DNA of 64,000 nucleotides, taken from the NCBI GenBank assembly GCA_963718235.1, contig CAVQYR010000002.1:832001-896000 (forward strand), given 5' to 3'. Source of the stretch: an uncultured Actinomycetota bacterium. Its GTDB lineage: Bacteria; Actinomycetota; Actinomycetes; JAHEKZ01. The number at the start of each line of letters is the position of its first letter. The stretch's first letter is position 1. Both the position numbers and the translations under genes were made by a program. The notes beneath the pieces were generated by a model that saw only the letters and a program-made list of their open reading frames with translations, did no database searches and was not told where the DNA came from. Shown here piece by piece: positions 17,731 through 28,528 of the stretch.

Positions 17731-18446
17731 CCCGAGCCACGCCGGCGCCTGGCCGGTGGGACGCCCCGACCCGCGCGAGCTTCGCGGAGCTGCTGAGCTG
17801 GCTGCCGCGTGCGGCGAACCCGGTTCCGGCGCTCGTAGCCGTCGCAGGCGCCCTCGCGCTGGTGTGGTGGCAGTGGCAGTACCTGGAGTCGTTGGACCGT
17901 CGGCTCTGGCTGGTGCGAGAGGGCAGCGTCATGGTCGTGCTGGGTGTGCTGTACCTGCTCGATGACCCCGCGCGTCGCTCGACGGCGGCGGCCGTCACGA
18001 CGCTGCGGCGCCGGACGACCGTGACTCTTGCGGTGGCGGCCGCCGTCATCGCCGGGGCGTTCGCGGTGCTGGTCGCCGTGGCGAGCCTGCGGGGTGACAT
18101 GGGTGCCGCGGTGGGTGGCCTGGCCGTCGAGGTCGCCACCGTGGCAACGGCCGGGGCGGCCATCACCCTGCTGCTGCAGCGCACCCAGGACCTCGACGAG
18201 CCGGCGACCGCGGGGGCGATGACCGTGCTCGCCCTGCTCGCGGTGGTGCCGGTCGTCGCCCTGCGTTGGCCGCTCCTGGTCGCCCCTGGACCGGAGTGGG
18301 CGGCCGCTCACATGCGGTGGGCCGTCGTCACCGGCGCCGCCGTCCTGACGCTGGTCTGGGTCACGCGGGACCCGGCCACCACGCTCCGGGGCATTGTCCG
18401 GGCAGCCGGGTCGAGACCGGTGGCGGTAGGTGCGGTGAGTCGATGA
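17727..18446 (+). CDS. Second ABC permease-like membrane protein
   Basis: About 6 TM segments; LDDPA motif; ATGA overlap. Confidence 0.7.
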   Translation: MTRATPAPGRWDAPTRASFAELLSWLPRAANPVPALVAVAGALALVWWQWQYLESLDRRLWLVREGSVMVVLGVLYLLDDPARRSTAAAVTTLRRRTTVTLAVAAAVIAGAFAVLVAVASLRGDMGAAVGGLAVEVATVATAGAAITLLLQRTQDLDEPATAGAMTVLALLAVVPVVALRWPLLVAPGPEWAAAHMRWAVVTGAAVLTLVWVTRDPATTLRGIVRAAGSRPVAVGAVSR

Positions 18447-19372
18447 GCGACGGTCGTGACGCGGCGCTGCCTCCCCTGCAGTACCTCGAGACGGCTCTCG
18501 ACGTCATGCAGCAGCACGCATTGATGTCGCCCTCGGTGGACTGGGACGGGCTTCGCGGCGAGGCGATGGCGCGCAGCGGGGGTGCCTCGAGCACAGCCGA
18601 CTGCTACCCGGCGATCGAGTGGGCCCTGGTGCAGCTGGGCGACCACCACAGCTTCTTCGAACCGCCCGATCGCGGCAGCGGGGCGATCCGTGACGGCACC
18701 TATCGGGACGAGCTGAGTCTGCCCTCGTTCGAACGCGGCGACGGGGACACCGCGACCCTCGTGGTGCCGGCGTTCCGGGGCTCACCGACCGCCGCCCGTA
18801 CCTACGCCGACACACTGCGCGGGCTGGTGCACGAAGCGTCGGCCGACGGCGTGACGAGCTGGGTCGTCGACGTCGCCCAGAACGGTGGGGGCAGCATGCT
18901 TCCCATGATCGCGGGGCTTGCACCGCTGCTCGGCGCCGGGACCGTGGGCGGGTTCTTGTCGGCTGACGGTGCCGTGACGCCATGGACGCTCGACCCCGCG
19001 GGTGCGCTGTTCATCGGGGACGAGGCGATCGTTCCCGGCTGGCACCATCCGTTGGACCCCGCACTGGCCAAGGCGCCGGTGGGTGTGGTGACCGGACCGG
19101 TGACTGCGAGCTCCGGTGAAGCCGTTGTTCTCAGTCTTCGGGGCCGCCCCCGAACCCGAAGCTTCGGAGCGGCCACTCGGGGGCTGGCGACCTCCAACGA
19201 GGTGTTCGACCTGGCCGACGGTGCCTCTCTCATGGTCATGACGGCCTGGATGGTGGATCGTCAGGGGGCCAAGTACCCCGGGGCGGTCGTTCCGGACGTC
19301 GTCGTATCGAGTGGCGAAGACCCGCCACGGGCCCAGGCTGCTCGCTGGGCTGCTGGCACGAGCCGACTCTAG
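18443..19372 (+). CDS. S41-family (tail-specific) peptidase
   Basis: DVAQNGGG and TASSGE catalytic motif; no obvious signal peptide. Confidence 0.85.
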   Translation: MSDGRDAALPPLQYLETALDVMQQHALMSPSVDWDGLRGEAMARSGGASSTADCYPAIEWALVQLGDHHSFFEPPDRGSGAIRDGTYRDELSLPSFERGDGDTATLVVPAFRGSPTAARTYADTLRGLVHEASADGVTSWVVDVAQNGGGSMLPMIAGLAPLLGAGTVGGFLSADGAVTPWTLDPAGALFIGDEAIVPGWHHPLDPALAKAPVGVVTGPVTASSGEAVVLSLRGRPRTRSFGAATRGLATSNEVFDLADGASLMVMTAWMVDRQGAKYPGAVVPDVVVSSGEDPPRAQAARWAAGTSRL

Positions 19373-19380
19373 GAGCGCCC

Positions 19381-19986
19381 ATGTTCCTCGCCGACCCGCC
19401 GCTGGACCCGCAGGTGCGTGCGATGTACGACCGCGACCTCGTCGACGACGGGTACGTCGCCAACAGCACGCGGATGTGGGCCTGGCGCCCCGACGTGTTC
19501 GACGCCTTCAAACACACGCGGGTGGTCACCGGCGAGGCCATGACGTTGTCCGACCGAGAGTTCGCCCTGCTGCTGGCGTCGACGGTCTCGGCGGAGCGCG
19601 ACGGCTACTGCTCCCTCGCTTGGGGGTCGGCACTGGCTCTGCAGACCAGCGACGAGGTGGCCGCGGCCGTGCTGTCGGGTGAGACACCGGCCGAGCTGAC
19701 GCGGCGGGAGGTCACCCTCGTCAACTGGTGCCGAGCGGTCGTCCGCGACGCCGCGGCGACCACCGCGACCGATGTGGACGAGCTGCGCGCCGTGGGCTTC
19801 GGCGACCGCGACATCTTCGAGGTGACCGCGATCGTCGCGTTCCGGATCGCCTTCTCGACGGTTCGGCTCGCGCTGGGTGTGCAACCCGACGTCCAGCTCG
19901 CCCAGGGTGCCAGCAGTGCCGTCCGGGAGGTGGTCGACTTCGGGCGACCGGTGGCCGACGAGCCCTCCGCCACGGTGGTCGGCTGA
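19381..19986 (+). CDS. Carboxymuconolactone decarboxylase/AhpD-like protein
   Basis: LSDRE...DGYCSLAWG and DVDELRAVGFGDRDIFE pattern. Confidence 0.75.
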   Translation: MFLADPPLDPQVRAMYDRDLVDDGYVANSTRMWAWRPDVFDAFKHTRVVTGEAMTLSDREFALLLASTVSAERDGYCSLAWGSALALQTSDEVAAAVLSGETPAELTRREVTLVNWCRAVVRDAAATTATDVDELRAVGFGDRDIFEVTAIVAFRIAFSTVRLALGVQPDVQLAQGASSAVREVVDFGRPVADEPSATVVG

Positions 19987-20013
19987 GGACGACCCGGCGA
20001 ACGGGACGACGGC

Positions 20014-20775
20014 CTACCGGGGCAGGGGTGGCCGGTAGCTGTCGGCGTGACCGATCGACTCGGCGAGGCTGAGCATGATCTGCTCGAACATCGGCTCGCC
20101 GTCGGGCATCGCCCAGTTCAGGTGGCCGAAGGTCTCCATGGCGACGCAGCCGTAGATGCGCACCCAGCCCTCGAGGAACCGCACGACCGCACCGAGCGGC
20201 ATCCCGGGGGCGAGCGTGTCGGTGAGCCAGGTCCAGTACTGGAGCAGGCCCTCCTCGATCCCCGGGACGAGCGCGTCGCCCTCGGGCACCTCGAACGGCG
20301 CGACGGCCCACATCTGCATGAACGCCGCCGCGAACAGACTGCCGAAGCGGCTGCTGGCCTCCTGGCATGCGTTGCTGGGGGTCTCGCCGAACGCGGTGGG
20401 CGGGGTGGCGAACATGAGCGCGAACTCGTGGGGGTGCGCCATGGCCCACCGCCGGAACGCCCGGCCGAGCTCGAGGATCTGGCCGAACGGGTCGTCGTCG
20501 GGCACCCCCTCGCGCGCCGCCTCGAGCTGGTCGCACAGCTCGCCGTACAGGTCGACCGTGACCGCCTCGACGAGGTCCTCGAGGCTGGGGAAGTAGCGGT
20601 ACAGGGCGGGAGCAGTCAGGCCGACCTCGCGGGCGACCGCCCGCAGCTGGATCCCGCTGGGTCCGTGCGCCACGAGCTCCTGGCGGGCCGCCGCCTTGAT
20701 CTCCTGGACCGTCTGGGCCCGCACCCGGTCACGGCGCGGCTGCAGCGGCGTGGGGGTGGTGGCCGCGGTGCTCAT
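20014..20775 (-). CDS. TetR/AcrR-family regulator (WHG-type C-terminus)
   Basis: HTH LRAVAREVGLTAPALYRYF; divergent from the MMPL gene. Confidence 0.92.
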   Translation of the reverse strand: MSTAATTPTPLQPRRDRVRAQTVQEIKAAARQELVAHGPSGIQLRAVAREVGLTAPALYRYFPSLEDLVEAVTVDLYGELCDQLEAAREGVPDDDPFGQILELGRAFRRWAMAHPHEFALMFATPPTAFGETPSNACQEASSRFGSLFAAAFMQMWAVAPFEVPEGDALVPGIEEGLLQYWTWLTDTLAPGMPLGAVVRFLEGWVRIYGCVAMETFGHLNWAMPDGEPMFEQIMLSLAESIGHADSYRPPLPR

Positions 20776-20806
20776 CAGACCTCCGGAGAAACGTTCGTGA
20801 ACGGGC

Positions 20807-20862
20807 TTGACAACTGTGAACGACGTTAGCATAGTGAACGCCGTTAAGTAAACGTCGTTCAC
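20807..20862 (+). promoter_or_regulatory. Sigma-70-type promoter with overlapping TetR operators
   Basis: TTGACA-N17-CATAGT; GTGAACGACGTT/AACGTCGTTCAC inverted repeat plus a middle copy GTGAACGCCGTT. Confidence 0.7.
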
Positions 20863-20918
20863 CGATCGTCCGCCTCTCAGGGTAGACCCGGTGGCCCGCC
20901 CGGAAGGTCCTCCACGCC

Positions 20919-23180
20919 ATGTCCCTGCTCCTCTCCCGCTCCGGCCCTACCCCGCAGCGCGACCTCACCCCCTCCGACCCCGCCATCGACCGGGGCCTGT
21001 TCCCCCGGCTGGGCCGGGTCATCTACCGGCACCGGCGCCTCACCCTCGGGCTCACCGGCCTGCTCCTCGTCGTGGCCGGCGTCTGGGGCACGAGTGTGTT
21101 CGGCGCCCTCGGTGGGGGTGGCTTCGAGGACCCGGGCAGCGAGTCGTCGAGGGCCGCGGCCGTGATCGACAACCGGTTCGGCCACCTGGGGGCCGACGTG
21201 ATCGTGGTCTACAGCGCTCCTCAGGGGAGCACATTGACCGTCGAGGACCCGGCCTTTCGGTCATCGGTGGAGGACGCGCTCGCGACGGTTCCGCCGTCGG
21301 ACCTCACCAGCGTGAGCACCTACTGGTCGTCGGGTCGTTCACCCACGTTCGTCACTGCCGACGGCCGCACCACCTACGCGGTGCTGCAGCTGGCGGGTGA
21401 CGACGCCCAGGCCCGCGAGGACGCCTACACGGCCGTGGCCGACGGTCTCGTGGCCGACGGTCTGACCACGCTGCGTGGGGGACCGGTCCCGGTGTTCGTC
21501 GCGATGAACACCCAGGTCGAGGAGGACATTGCGCGAGCCGAGTCGTTGTCGTTCCCGCTGCTCCTGGTGCTGCTCGTGGTCGTGTTCGGCTCACTCGTGG
21601 CGGCCAGCCTCCCGTTGGCGGTCGGCGCAGTAGCGATCCTTGGTGCGTTCACCGTCCTCAAGCTGCTCACCCTGTTCACCGACGTCAGCATCTTTGCGGT
21701 CAACATCGTCACCATGCTGGGCCTGGGCCTGGCGATCGACTACGCCTTGTTCATCGTCGGCCGGTTCCGTGAGCAGCTGGCGGCGGGGGACAGTGTCGAG
21801 GACGCCGTCGTGCACACCGTGGCCACCGCAGGGCGCACCGTCGCGTTCTCGGGGCTCACCGTGGCGGTGGCCCTGGGCGCCCTGCTCCTGTTCCCGATGA
21901 ACTTCCTGCAGTCGATGGGCTACGGAGGTATAGCCGCGGTGCTCGTGGCCATGCTGGCCGCGCTCACCATGCTGCCCGCGCTGCTCGGAGTGCTCGGCCC
22001 GCGCGTCAACAAGCTGGCCATGCCCTGGGCCCGTTCGCGCGTCACCTCGGAAGCCGACCCCTCGCAGGGGATGTGGGCCCGGGTTGCGCGCGTCGTCATG
22101 CGCCGTCCGCTGATCGTGGCCGGGGGCACGGTGGCCCTGCTCGCCGTCCTGGGCCTGCCGTTCTTCTCCGTCGCCTTCGGTGGGGTCGACCAGCGCGCGC
22201 TGCCTGAAGGCACCGAGTCACGGGTGGCCATGGAGACCCTTCAGCGGGAGTTCCCCGCCACGTCAGCGCAGCCGATCCAGGTCGTCGTTCGCGGTGCGGA
22301 CGAGTCGGCCGTCGCCGGGTATGTCGACGAGCTCGGCGCACTGCCGGGCGCGACGTCGGCCCAGGTCGTGGCGGTCGACGGAGACGCAACGCTCGTCGAC
22401 GTGACGTTCGACGGGATCGCGACGTCGGACAGTGCACGAGCCCTGGTCGACGACGTGCGCGCGACGCCCACTCCGGCCGGTGCATCGTCGGAGGTCGCGG
22501 GTGAGTCGGCGCGGTTGACCGACCTGCTGTCCAGCCTCGGCGACCGGCTGCCGTGGGCAGGGCTGTACCTGTTCGTGACGACGTTCGTGCTGCTGTTCAT
22601 GGCGTTCGGGTCGGTCGTGCTGCCGATCAAGGCGATGGTCATGAACGTGCTCTCCCTGTCGGCCACGTTCGGCGTGCTGGTGTGGGGCTTCCAGGACGGA
22701 AACCTGTCCGGACTCCTCGGGTTCACCTCGACCGGCACGCTCGAGGCCACCCAGCCGGTGCTGATCCTGGCCATGGCGTTCGGCCTGTCCATGGACTACG
22801 AGGTGTTCCTGCTCAGTCGGATCCGCGAGGAGTGGGACCGCACCGGCGACAACTCCCTGGCCGTCGAGCGCGGCCTGCAGAAGACCGGGCGGATCATCAC
22901 CAGCGCCGCGCTGCTGTTCGTCGTGGTCGTCGGGGCGTTCGCCACGAGCGGGATCACCTTCATCCAGATGATCGGGGTCGGACTGGCGGTCGCCGTGCTC
23001 ATCGACGCCACCGTCGTCCGGGCGCTGCTCGTGCCGGCCACGATGCAGCTGCTGGGTCGCTGGAACTGGTGGGCGCCGGCCCCGCTCGCGCGCTTCTGGG
23101 AGCGGTTCGGCGTCCGCGAGTCCGACCAGGTCGCCCTTCCCGCGCAGTCACCGGAGGTGCCGCAGCCCAGCACCGCCTGA
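20919..23180 (+). CDS. MMPL/RND-family transporter
   Basis: GLAIDYALF and [16 protein letters not shown] motifs; two TM bundles. Confidence 0.93.
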   Translation: MSLLLSRSGPTPQRDLTPSDPAIDRGLFPRLGRVIYRHRRLTLGLTGLLLVVAGVWGTSVFGALGGGGFEDPGSESSRAAAVIDNRFGHLGADVIVVYSAPQGSTLTVEDPAFRSSVEDALATVPPSDLTSVSTYWSSGRSPTFVTADGRTTYAVLQLAGDDAQAREDAYTAVADGLVADGLTTLRGGPVPVFVAMNTQVEEDIARAESLSFPLLLVLLVVVFGSLVAASLPLAVGAVAILGAFTVLKLLTLFTDVSIFAVNIVTMLGLGLAIDYALFIVGRFREQLAAGDSVEDAVVHTVATAGRTVAFSGLTVAVALGALLLFPMNFLQSMGYGGIAAVLVAMLAALTMLPALLGVLGPRVNKLAMPWARSRVTSEADPSQGMWARVARVVMRRPLIVAGGTVALLAVLGLPFFSVAFGGVDQRALPEGTESRVAMETLQREFPATSAQPIQVVVRGADESAVAGYVDELGALPGATSAQVVAVDGDATLVDVTFDGIATSDSARALVDDVRATPTPAGASSEVAGESARLTDLLSSLGDRLPWAGLYLFVTTFVLLFMAFGSVVLPIKAMVMNVLSLSATFGVLVWGFQDGNLSGLLGFTSTGTLEATQPVLILAMAFGLSMDYEVFLLSRIREEWDRTGDNSLAVERGLQKTGRIITSAALLFVVVVGAFATSGITFIQMIGVGLAVAVLIDATVVRALLVPATMQLLGRWNWWAPAPLARFWERFGVRESDQVALPAQSPEVPQPSTA

Positions 23181-23271
23181 CCCATGCGTCGACTCCGGAG
23201 CCGTGGCGGCTACGAGCACCTCCGAACCCGCCACAGCTCCGGAGTCGCGTCGATGGGGGACACTGGTCGGC

Positions 23272-24480
23272 ATGCGTGACGTCGTGCTCCTCGGGTCGAC
23301 CGGGTCGATCGGGACCCAGGCCGTCGACGTCGTGCGGGCCAACCCCGACCGGTTCCGGGTCGTGGGCCTCGCCGCCGGCGGGGCGAACGTCGAGCTGCTG
23401 GCCCGACAGGCCCTCGAGCTCGACGTCGACGTCGTTGCCGTGGCCCGGGCCACCGCCGCCCAGGACCTCCAGCTCGCCCTCAACGCCGAGGCCCAGCGGC
23501 GTGGATACGAGACGGGCGACGCTGCCCTGCCGAAGGTGCTCGCCGGGCCCGACTCCGCGGCCGAGGTGGCGGCCTGGCCCTGTGACGTCGTGCTCAACGG
23601 CATGACCGGCTCGATCGGGCTCGCCCCCACGCTGGCCGCGCTGCGGGCGGGGAGCACGCTGGCGCTGGCCAACAAGGAGTCGCTGATCGTCGGTGGCCCG
23701 CTGGTGAAGGCCGCCGCTCAGCCCGGTCAGATCGTCCCGGTCGACTCCGAGCACTCGGCGTTGGCCCAGGCGCTGCGCGGCGGCTCGGCCCAGGAGGTCC
23801 GGCGGCTGGTGCTCACCGCCAGTGGTGGCCCCTTCAGGGGGCGCCCGGCCGAGGGCCTGGCCGACGTCACCCCCGAGCAGGCCCTGGCGCACCCCACGTG
23901 GGACATGGGTCCGGTCGTCACCGTGAACTCGGCCACCCTGATGAACAAGGGGCTGGAGCTCATCGAGGCGCACCTGCTGTTCGACGTGGCGTACGAGCGG
24001 ATCGCGGTCGTCGTCCACCCGCAGTCGGTCGTGCACTCGATGGTCGAGTTCATCGACGGGTCGACGCTGGCCCAGGCCAGCCCGCCCGACATGAAGCTGC
24101 CGATCGCTCTTGGCCTGGGCTGGCCCGACCGGGTGCCCGACGCTGCTGCCGCCTGCGACTGGACGACGCCCGCCACCTGGCAGTTCGCCCCGCTGGACGA
24201 CGAGGCGTTCCCGGCAGTGGGGCTGGCCCGCCGGGCCGGTGAGGCAGGCGGAACCACCCCCGCGGTGCTCAATGCGGCCAACGAGCAAGCGGTGTCGGCC
24301 TTCCTGGAGGGGAACCTGGCGTTCCCCCGGATCGTCGCAACCGTGGAACAGGTCGTTCGCGAGCACCTGACCACCCGATCGGGTGAGCCGCTTGAGGTCG
24401 AGCTGTCCGTGGCCGACGTCTTGAAGGCCGAGACCTGGGCCAGGACCAGGGCCGACCAGCTGCTCGAGGGAGTCCGATGA
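23272..24480 (+). CDS. dxr: 1-deoxy-D-xylulose-5-phosphate reductoisomerase
   Basis: [27 protein letters not shown] and NKGLE motifs. Confidence 0.97.
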   Translation: MRDVVLLGSTGSIGTQAVDVVRANPDRFRVVGLAAGGANVELLARQALELDVDVVAVARATAAQDLQLALNAEAQRRGYETGDAALPKVLAGPDSAAEVAAWPCDVVLNGMTGSIGLAPTLAALRAGSTLALANKESLIVGGPLVKAAAQPGQIVPVDSEHSALAQALRGGSAQEVRRLVLTASGGPFRGRPAEGLADVTPEQALAHPTWDMGPVVTVNSATLMNKGLELIEAHLLFDVAYERIAVVVHPQSVVHSMVEFIDGSTLAQASPPDMKLPIALGLGWPDRVPDAAAACDWTTPATWQFAPLDDEAFPAVGLARRAGEAGGTTPAVLNAANEQAVSAFLEGNLAFPRIVATVEQVVREHLTTRSGEPLEVELSVADVLKAETWARTRADQLLEGVR

Positions 24481-25772
24481 ACGTGGCCGCACTGCTCGGT
24501 GTGCTGTTCTTTGCCGTGGGCGTGGCCGCCTCGATCGCCCTGCACGAGGTGGGACATCTGCTGCCCGCCAAGCGGTTCGGGGTCAAGGTCACCCAGTACA
24601 TGGTGGGGTTCGGCCCGACGATGTGGTCGCGTCACAGGGGCGAGACGGAGTACGGCCTCAAGGCGGTGCCGCTGGGTGGTTACATCCGGATGATCGGCAT
24701 GTTCCCGCCCAGGCGCAACGCCGAGGGCCAGCTGGTGCACAGCACGGCGACCACCGGCCCGATCCAGTCGATGATGGAGAGCGCCCGCAGCCAGAGCGCC
24801 AGCGAGGTGCAGCCCGGTGACGAGGACCGGGTCTTCTACAAGCTCAAGACCCGCCAGAAGCTCGTCGTCATGCTCGGCGGGCCCACCATGAACCTGTTCA
24901 TCGCCGCAGTCCTGTTCACCATCGCCATGAGCGGGCTCGGCACACCCCAGCTCACCCCCACTGTCGACGCCGTCGTGCCGTGCGTGCCAGCGGTCGGTGC
25001 CACCGACTGCGCCGACACCGACCCGCAGAGCCCGGCGCAGGCGGCCGGCGTCCAGGCCGGCGACGTGGTGGTGGCCATCGACGGCGAGCCGGTCTCGGAC
25101 TGGACGACAGCGTCCGACGTCATCCGGGCCTCCGGTGGCCAGCAGGTGACGCTGACCGTGCTGCGCGACGGCTCCGAGCAGGACCTCACCGTCGACGTCG
25201 TCGCCACCAAACGACCGAGCGTGGACGACCCGGACACCTACGTCGACGCCGGCTTCGTGGGCATCCGCCCCACCATCGAGCAGGTGCGCCAGCCGTTGAC
25301 CGCGGTGCCGGCCCAGATGTGGGACTTCGGCGTCAAGTCCGGCCAGGCCGTGCTGAGCATCCCGGCGAAGATGGTCGGTGTGTGGCAGGCCGCCTTCGGT
25401 GACGCCGAGCGCGACATCAACGGACCGGTCAGCGTGGTCGGCGTGGGGCGGTTCAGCGCCGAGGTGGCGGCCGACCAGGCCAGCATCTCGTGGCGCATGT
25501 CGAACCTGCTCATGCTCCTCGCAGCGCTCAACATGGCGCTGTTCCTCTTCAACCTCATCCCGCTGCTGCCGCTGGACGGCGGTCACGTGGCCGGCGCGCT
25601 GTACGAGGGAGCCAAGCGTGAGGTCGCCAAGTGGCGTCATCGCCCCGACCCCGGCCCGGTCGACGTCGCCAGGGCGCTCCCGCTGGCCTACGGGGTGGCG
25701 TTCCTGCTGATCGGCATGTCCGCGCTGCTGATCTACGCCGACGTCGTGAACCCGATCCGGCTGAGTGGCTGA
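24477..25772 (+). CDS. rip1: RseP/Rip1 M50 intramembrane zinc metalloprotease with PDZ domain
   Basis: HEVGH and [11 protein letters not shown] motifs; dxr-rip1-ispG synteny. Confidence 0.92.
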   Translation: MNVAALLGVLFFAVGVAASIALHEVGHLLPAKRFGVKVTQYMVGFGPTMWSRHRGETEYGLKAVPLGGYIRMIGMFPPRRNAEGQLVHSTATTGPIQSMMESARSQSASEVQPGDEDRVFYKLKTRQKLVVMLGGPTMNLFIAAVLFTIAMSGLGTPQLTPTVDAVVPCVPAVGATDCADTDPQSPAQAAGVQAGDVVVAIDGEPVSDWTTASDVIRASGGQQVTLTVLRDGSEQDLTVDVVATKRPSVDDPDTYVDAGFVGIRPTIEQVRQPLTAVPAQMWDFGVKSGQAVLSIPAKMVGVWQAAFGDAERDINGPVSVVGVGRFSAEVAADQASISWRMSNLLMLLAALNMALFLFNLIPLLPLDGGHVAGALYEGAKREVAKWRHRPDPGPVDVARALPLAYGVAFLLIGMSALLIYADVVNPIRLSG

Positions 25773-25825
25773 CCCTCGCCGAGATCGGCTGCGCGCCCGG
25801 GGATCGGCCAGGGGATACTGGCTCC

Positions 25826-27007
25826 ATGACGTCGACGCCCATCGCTCTCGGCATCCCAGCCACACCGCCGAAGCCGCTGGCCCCCCGGCGCCACACCCGA
25901 CAGCTCGTTCTGCGCCACCCGACGCACCCGGTCGCGGTCGGCGGCGACGCCCCGATCTCGGTGCAGTCGATGACGACCACGGTCACCGCCGACGTCAACG
26001 CCACCCTGCAGCAGATCGCCGAGCTGACTACCTCGGGCTGCCAGATCGTGCGGGTCGCGTGTCCCAGCCAGGACGACGCCGAGGCGCTCTCCGCGATCGC
26101 CACGAAGTCGCAGATCCCGGTGATCGCCGACATCCACTTCCAGCCCAAGTACGTGTTCGCGGCGATCGACGCCGGGTGCGCCGGCGTGCGGGTGAACCCC
26201 GGCAACATCAAGCAGTTCGACGACAAGGTCGGTGAGATCGCCCGAGCCGCCGGCGACGCCGGAGTGCCGATCCGGATCGGCGTCAACGCCGGGTCGCTCG
26301 ACCCGCGGCTGCTCGCCAAGTACGGCAAGGCCACGCCCGAGGCGTTGGTCGAGTCGGCCCTGTGGGAGTGCTCGCTGTTCGAGGAGCACGGCTTCCGCGA
26401 CATCAAGATCTCGGTGAAGCACAACGACCCGGTGGTCATGGTCGCGGCGTACCGGCAGCTGGCCGAGCAGTGCGACTACCCGCTGCACCTGGGGGTCACC
26501 GAGGCCGGCCCCACCTTCCAGGGGACGATCAAGTCCGCCGTCGCCTTCGGGGCGCTGCTGTCCGAGGGGATCGGCGACACGATCCGCGTGTCGCTGTCGG
26601 CACCCCCGGTCGAGGAGGTCAAGGTCGGTTCGGCGATCCTCGAGTCGCTCGGCCTGCGCGAGCGCGGGCTCGAGATCGTGTCCTGCCCGTCCTGCGGACG
26701 GGCCCAGGTCGACGTCTACACACTGGCCGAGCAGGTGACCGCAGGTCTCGAAGGACTCACCGTTCCGCTGCGCGTCGCCGTCATGGGCTGCGTGGTGAAC
26801 GGGCCGGGGGAGGCGCGTGAGGCCGATCTGGGCGTTGCTAGCGGAAACGGCAAGGGCCAGATCTTCGTCAAGGGTGAGGTGATCAAGACGGTGCCCGAGG
26901 CGGCGATCGTGGAGACCCTGATCGAGGAGGCCCTCAAGCTCGCCGAGCAGATGGGCTTCGACCCGGATGCGACAGCCGACGGGTCGCCGCAGGTCGTCGT
27001 CGGCTGA
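25826..27007 (+). CDS. ispG: (E)-4-hydroxy-3-methylbut-2-enyl-diphosphate synthase
   Basis: SVQSMT, RVNPGNI, SCPSCGR and [10 protein letters not shown] motifs. Confidence 0.97.
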   Translation: MTSTPIALGIPATPPKPLAPRRHTRQLVLRHPTHPVAVGGDAPISVQSMTTTVTADVNATLQQIAELTTSGCQIVRVACPSQDDAEALSAIATKSQIPVIADIHFQPKYVFAAIDAGCAGVRVNPGNIKQFDDKVGEIARAAGDAGVPIRIGVNAGSLDPRLLAKYGKATPEALVESALWECSLFEEHGFRDIKISVKHNDPVVMVAAYRQLAEQCDYPLHLGVTEAGPTFQGTIKSAVAFGALLSEGIGDTIRVSLSAPPVEEVKVGSAILESLGLRERGLEIVSCPSCGRAQVDVYTLAEQVTAGLEGLTVPLRVAVMGCVVNGPGEAREADLGVASGNGKGQIFVKGEVIKTVPEAAIVETLIEEALKLAEQMGFDPDATADGSPQVVVG

Positions 27008-27011
27008 CCCG

Positions 27012-27854
27012 ATGCTCACGACGTCCACCCTTCGGCTGCTCGGCGAGCGCGACCTGGACGCAGCGCTCGCGATCTTGGCCCAGGACCCGGTGTCCAACGT
27101 GTTCGTCGAGTCACGCGTGCGCGCCTGCGACGGGCGGGCCTGGCGGCTGGGCGGTGAGCTGTGGGGCTACATCGACCGTGGACAGGTCCGGTCGTTGTGC
27201 TACGCCGGCGCGAACGTCGTGCCGGTGCAGGCCGACGACGCGGCGATCGTCGCCTTCGCCGACCGGCTCCTGCGCCAGGGCCGGCGCTGCTCGTCGATCG
27301 TGGGTGACGCCTGGCAGGTCGCATCGCTGTGGAGCCTGCTCGAGCCGGCCTGGGGTCCTGGCCGGGAGGTCCGAGGCGACCAGCCGCTGCTCGCCATCGA
27401 CCACGACCCCCTGGTGGCGCCGGACCCGCTGGTCCGGCCCGTGCGGCCCGACGAGCTCGACGTGCTGCTCCCGGCCAGCATCGCGATGTTCACCGAGGAG
27501 GTCGGCGTCTCACCGCTGGCCCACGACGGCGGCGGGCTGTACCGGGCCCGGGTGAGCGAGCTGATCACCACCGGTCGCGCGTTCGCCCGGATCGAGGACG
27601 GCCGGGTCGTGTTCAAGGCCGAGGTGGGTGCGGTGTCGCCGTCCGCGTGCCAGGTGCAGGGGGTGTGGGTGGAGCCGAGCCGTCGCGGTGAGGGTCTGTC
27701 GACGCCGGGCATGGCTGCGGTGGTCGCCCTGGCCCGGGCGTCGCTCGCGCCGACGGTGAGCCTCTACGTCAACGGGTTCAACGCGCCCGCGCGGCGCGCG
27801 TACGACCGGGTCGGCTTCACCCAGGTCGGCACCTTCACCACCGTCCTCTTCTGA
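27012..27854 (+). CDS. GNAT-family N-acetyltransferase
   Basis: QVQGVWV..RRGEG and SLYVNGFN; usual position after ispG. Confidence 0.85.
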   Translation: MLTTSTLRLLGERDLDAALAILAQDPVSNVFVESRVRACDGRAWRLGGELWGYIDRGQVRSLCYAGANVVPVQADDAAIVAFADRLLRQGRRCSSIVGDAWQVASLWSLLEPAWGPGREVRGDQPLLAIDHDPLVAPDPLVRPVRPDELDVLLPASIAMFTEEVGVSPLAHDGGGLYRARVSELITTGRAFARIEDGRVVFKAEVGAVSPSACQVQGVWVEPSRRGEGLSTPGMAAVVALARASLAPTVSLYVNGFNAPARRAYDRVGFTQVGTFTTVLF

Positions 27855-27948
27855 CCCCCACCCCCAAGTTGATCTTGGACTTGATGTGCAGGTTCGACGG
27901 TGCTGGGCAGCATCTTCTGCATGATCAACTTTGTTCTGGGGGGTTGGG
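27855..27948. repeat. Dispersed MITE/REP-like element, copy 2
   Basis: Inverted ends AAGTTGATC...GATCAACTT flanked by C-rich and G-rich tracts; lies between convergent genes. Confidence 0.7.
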
Positions 27949-28446
27949 CTAGCGGTAGTGGATGGTGGCGAACGGCCAGGCGTCGTCCAACCACTGCTGG
28001 ACGACGGCCGCCAGCTCGGCGTCGAGGGGAGCCCGAGACACCCGGACCCAGGACCGCACCAGCGCGTCGACGTCCGCGTCCTCGCTGGGGTACACGTACA
28101 CGCACCCGATGACGTCGTCGTCAGCCAGCGCGCGCACCGTGTAGGTGAAGCCCAGCCGTTGCTCGAAGTGCCGGGCGTGCATCTCCAGGTCGCCGAGGTT
28201 CTCCGCCAAGGACATGGGGTGCGGCCATCGCCGGTGCTCGAAGCCCGGGGTCGCGTGGATGTGCTCCACCGACGACGTCCAGGCGGCGTAGTCGGCCTCG
28301 TTGTGCTGGGGGCCCAACGGCTCCAGCCAGAACTGGTCGGTGCGCGGCGGGCCGGGCAGGACGAACGAGTCGGGCACGAACGGCCCGCCGTGCCCCGGCT
28401 GCGGCTCGTCGAGCTCGTCGATATCCGGTAGGTCGGGGTCGGCCAT
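27949..28446 (-). CDS. RimJ/RimL-like N-acetyltransferase-fold protein
   Basis: LEPLGPQHNEADYAAW and FTYTV...VIGCVYVYP...SWVR. Confidence 0.7.
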   Translation of the reverse strand: MADPDLPDIDELDEPQPGHGGPFVPDSFVLPGPPRTDQFWLEPLGPQHNEADYAAWTSSVEHIHATPGFEHRRWPHPMSLAENLGDLEMHARHFEQRLGFTYTVRALADDDVIGCVYVYPSEDADVDALVRSWVRVSRAPLDAELAAVVQQWLDDAWPFATIHYR

Positions 28447-28528
28447 GGGTGGGACAGTAGTGCGACGTCGATAGTCTCGGCGCGAGCCACACCCACGTCA
28501 GAACGACCTTCGGACCGAGGAGCACCCG

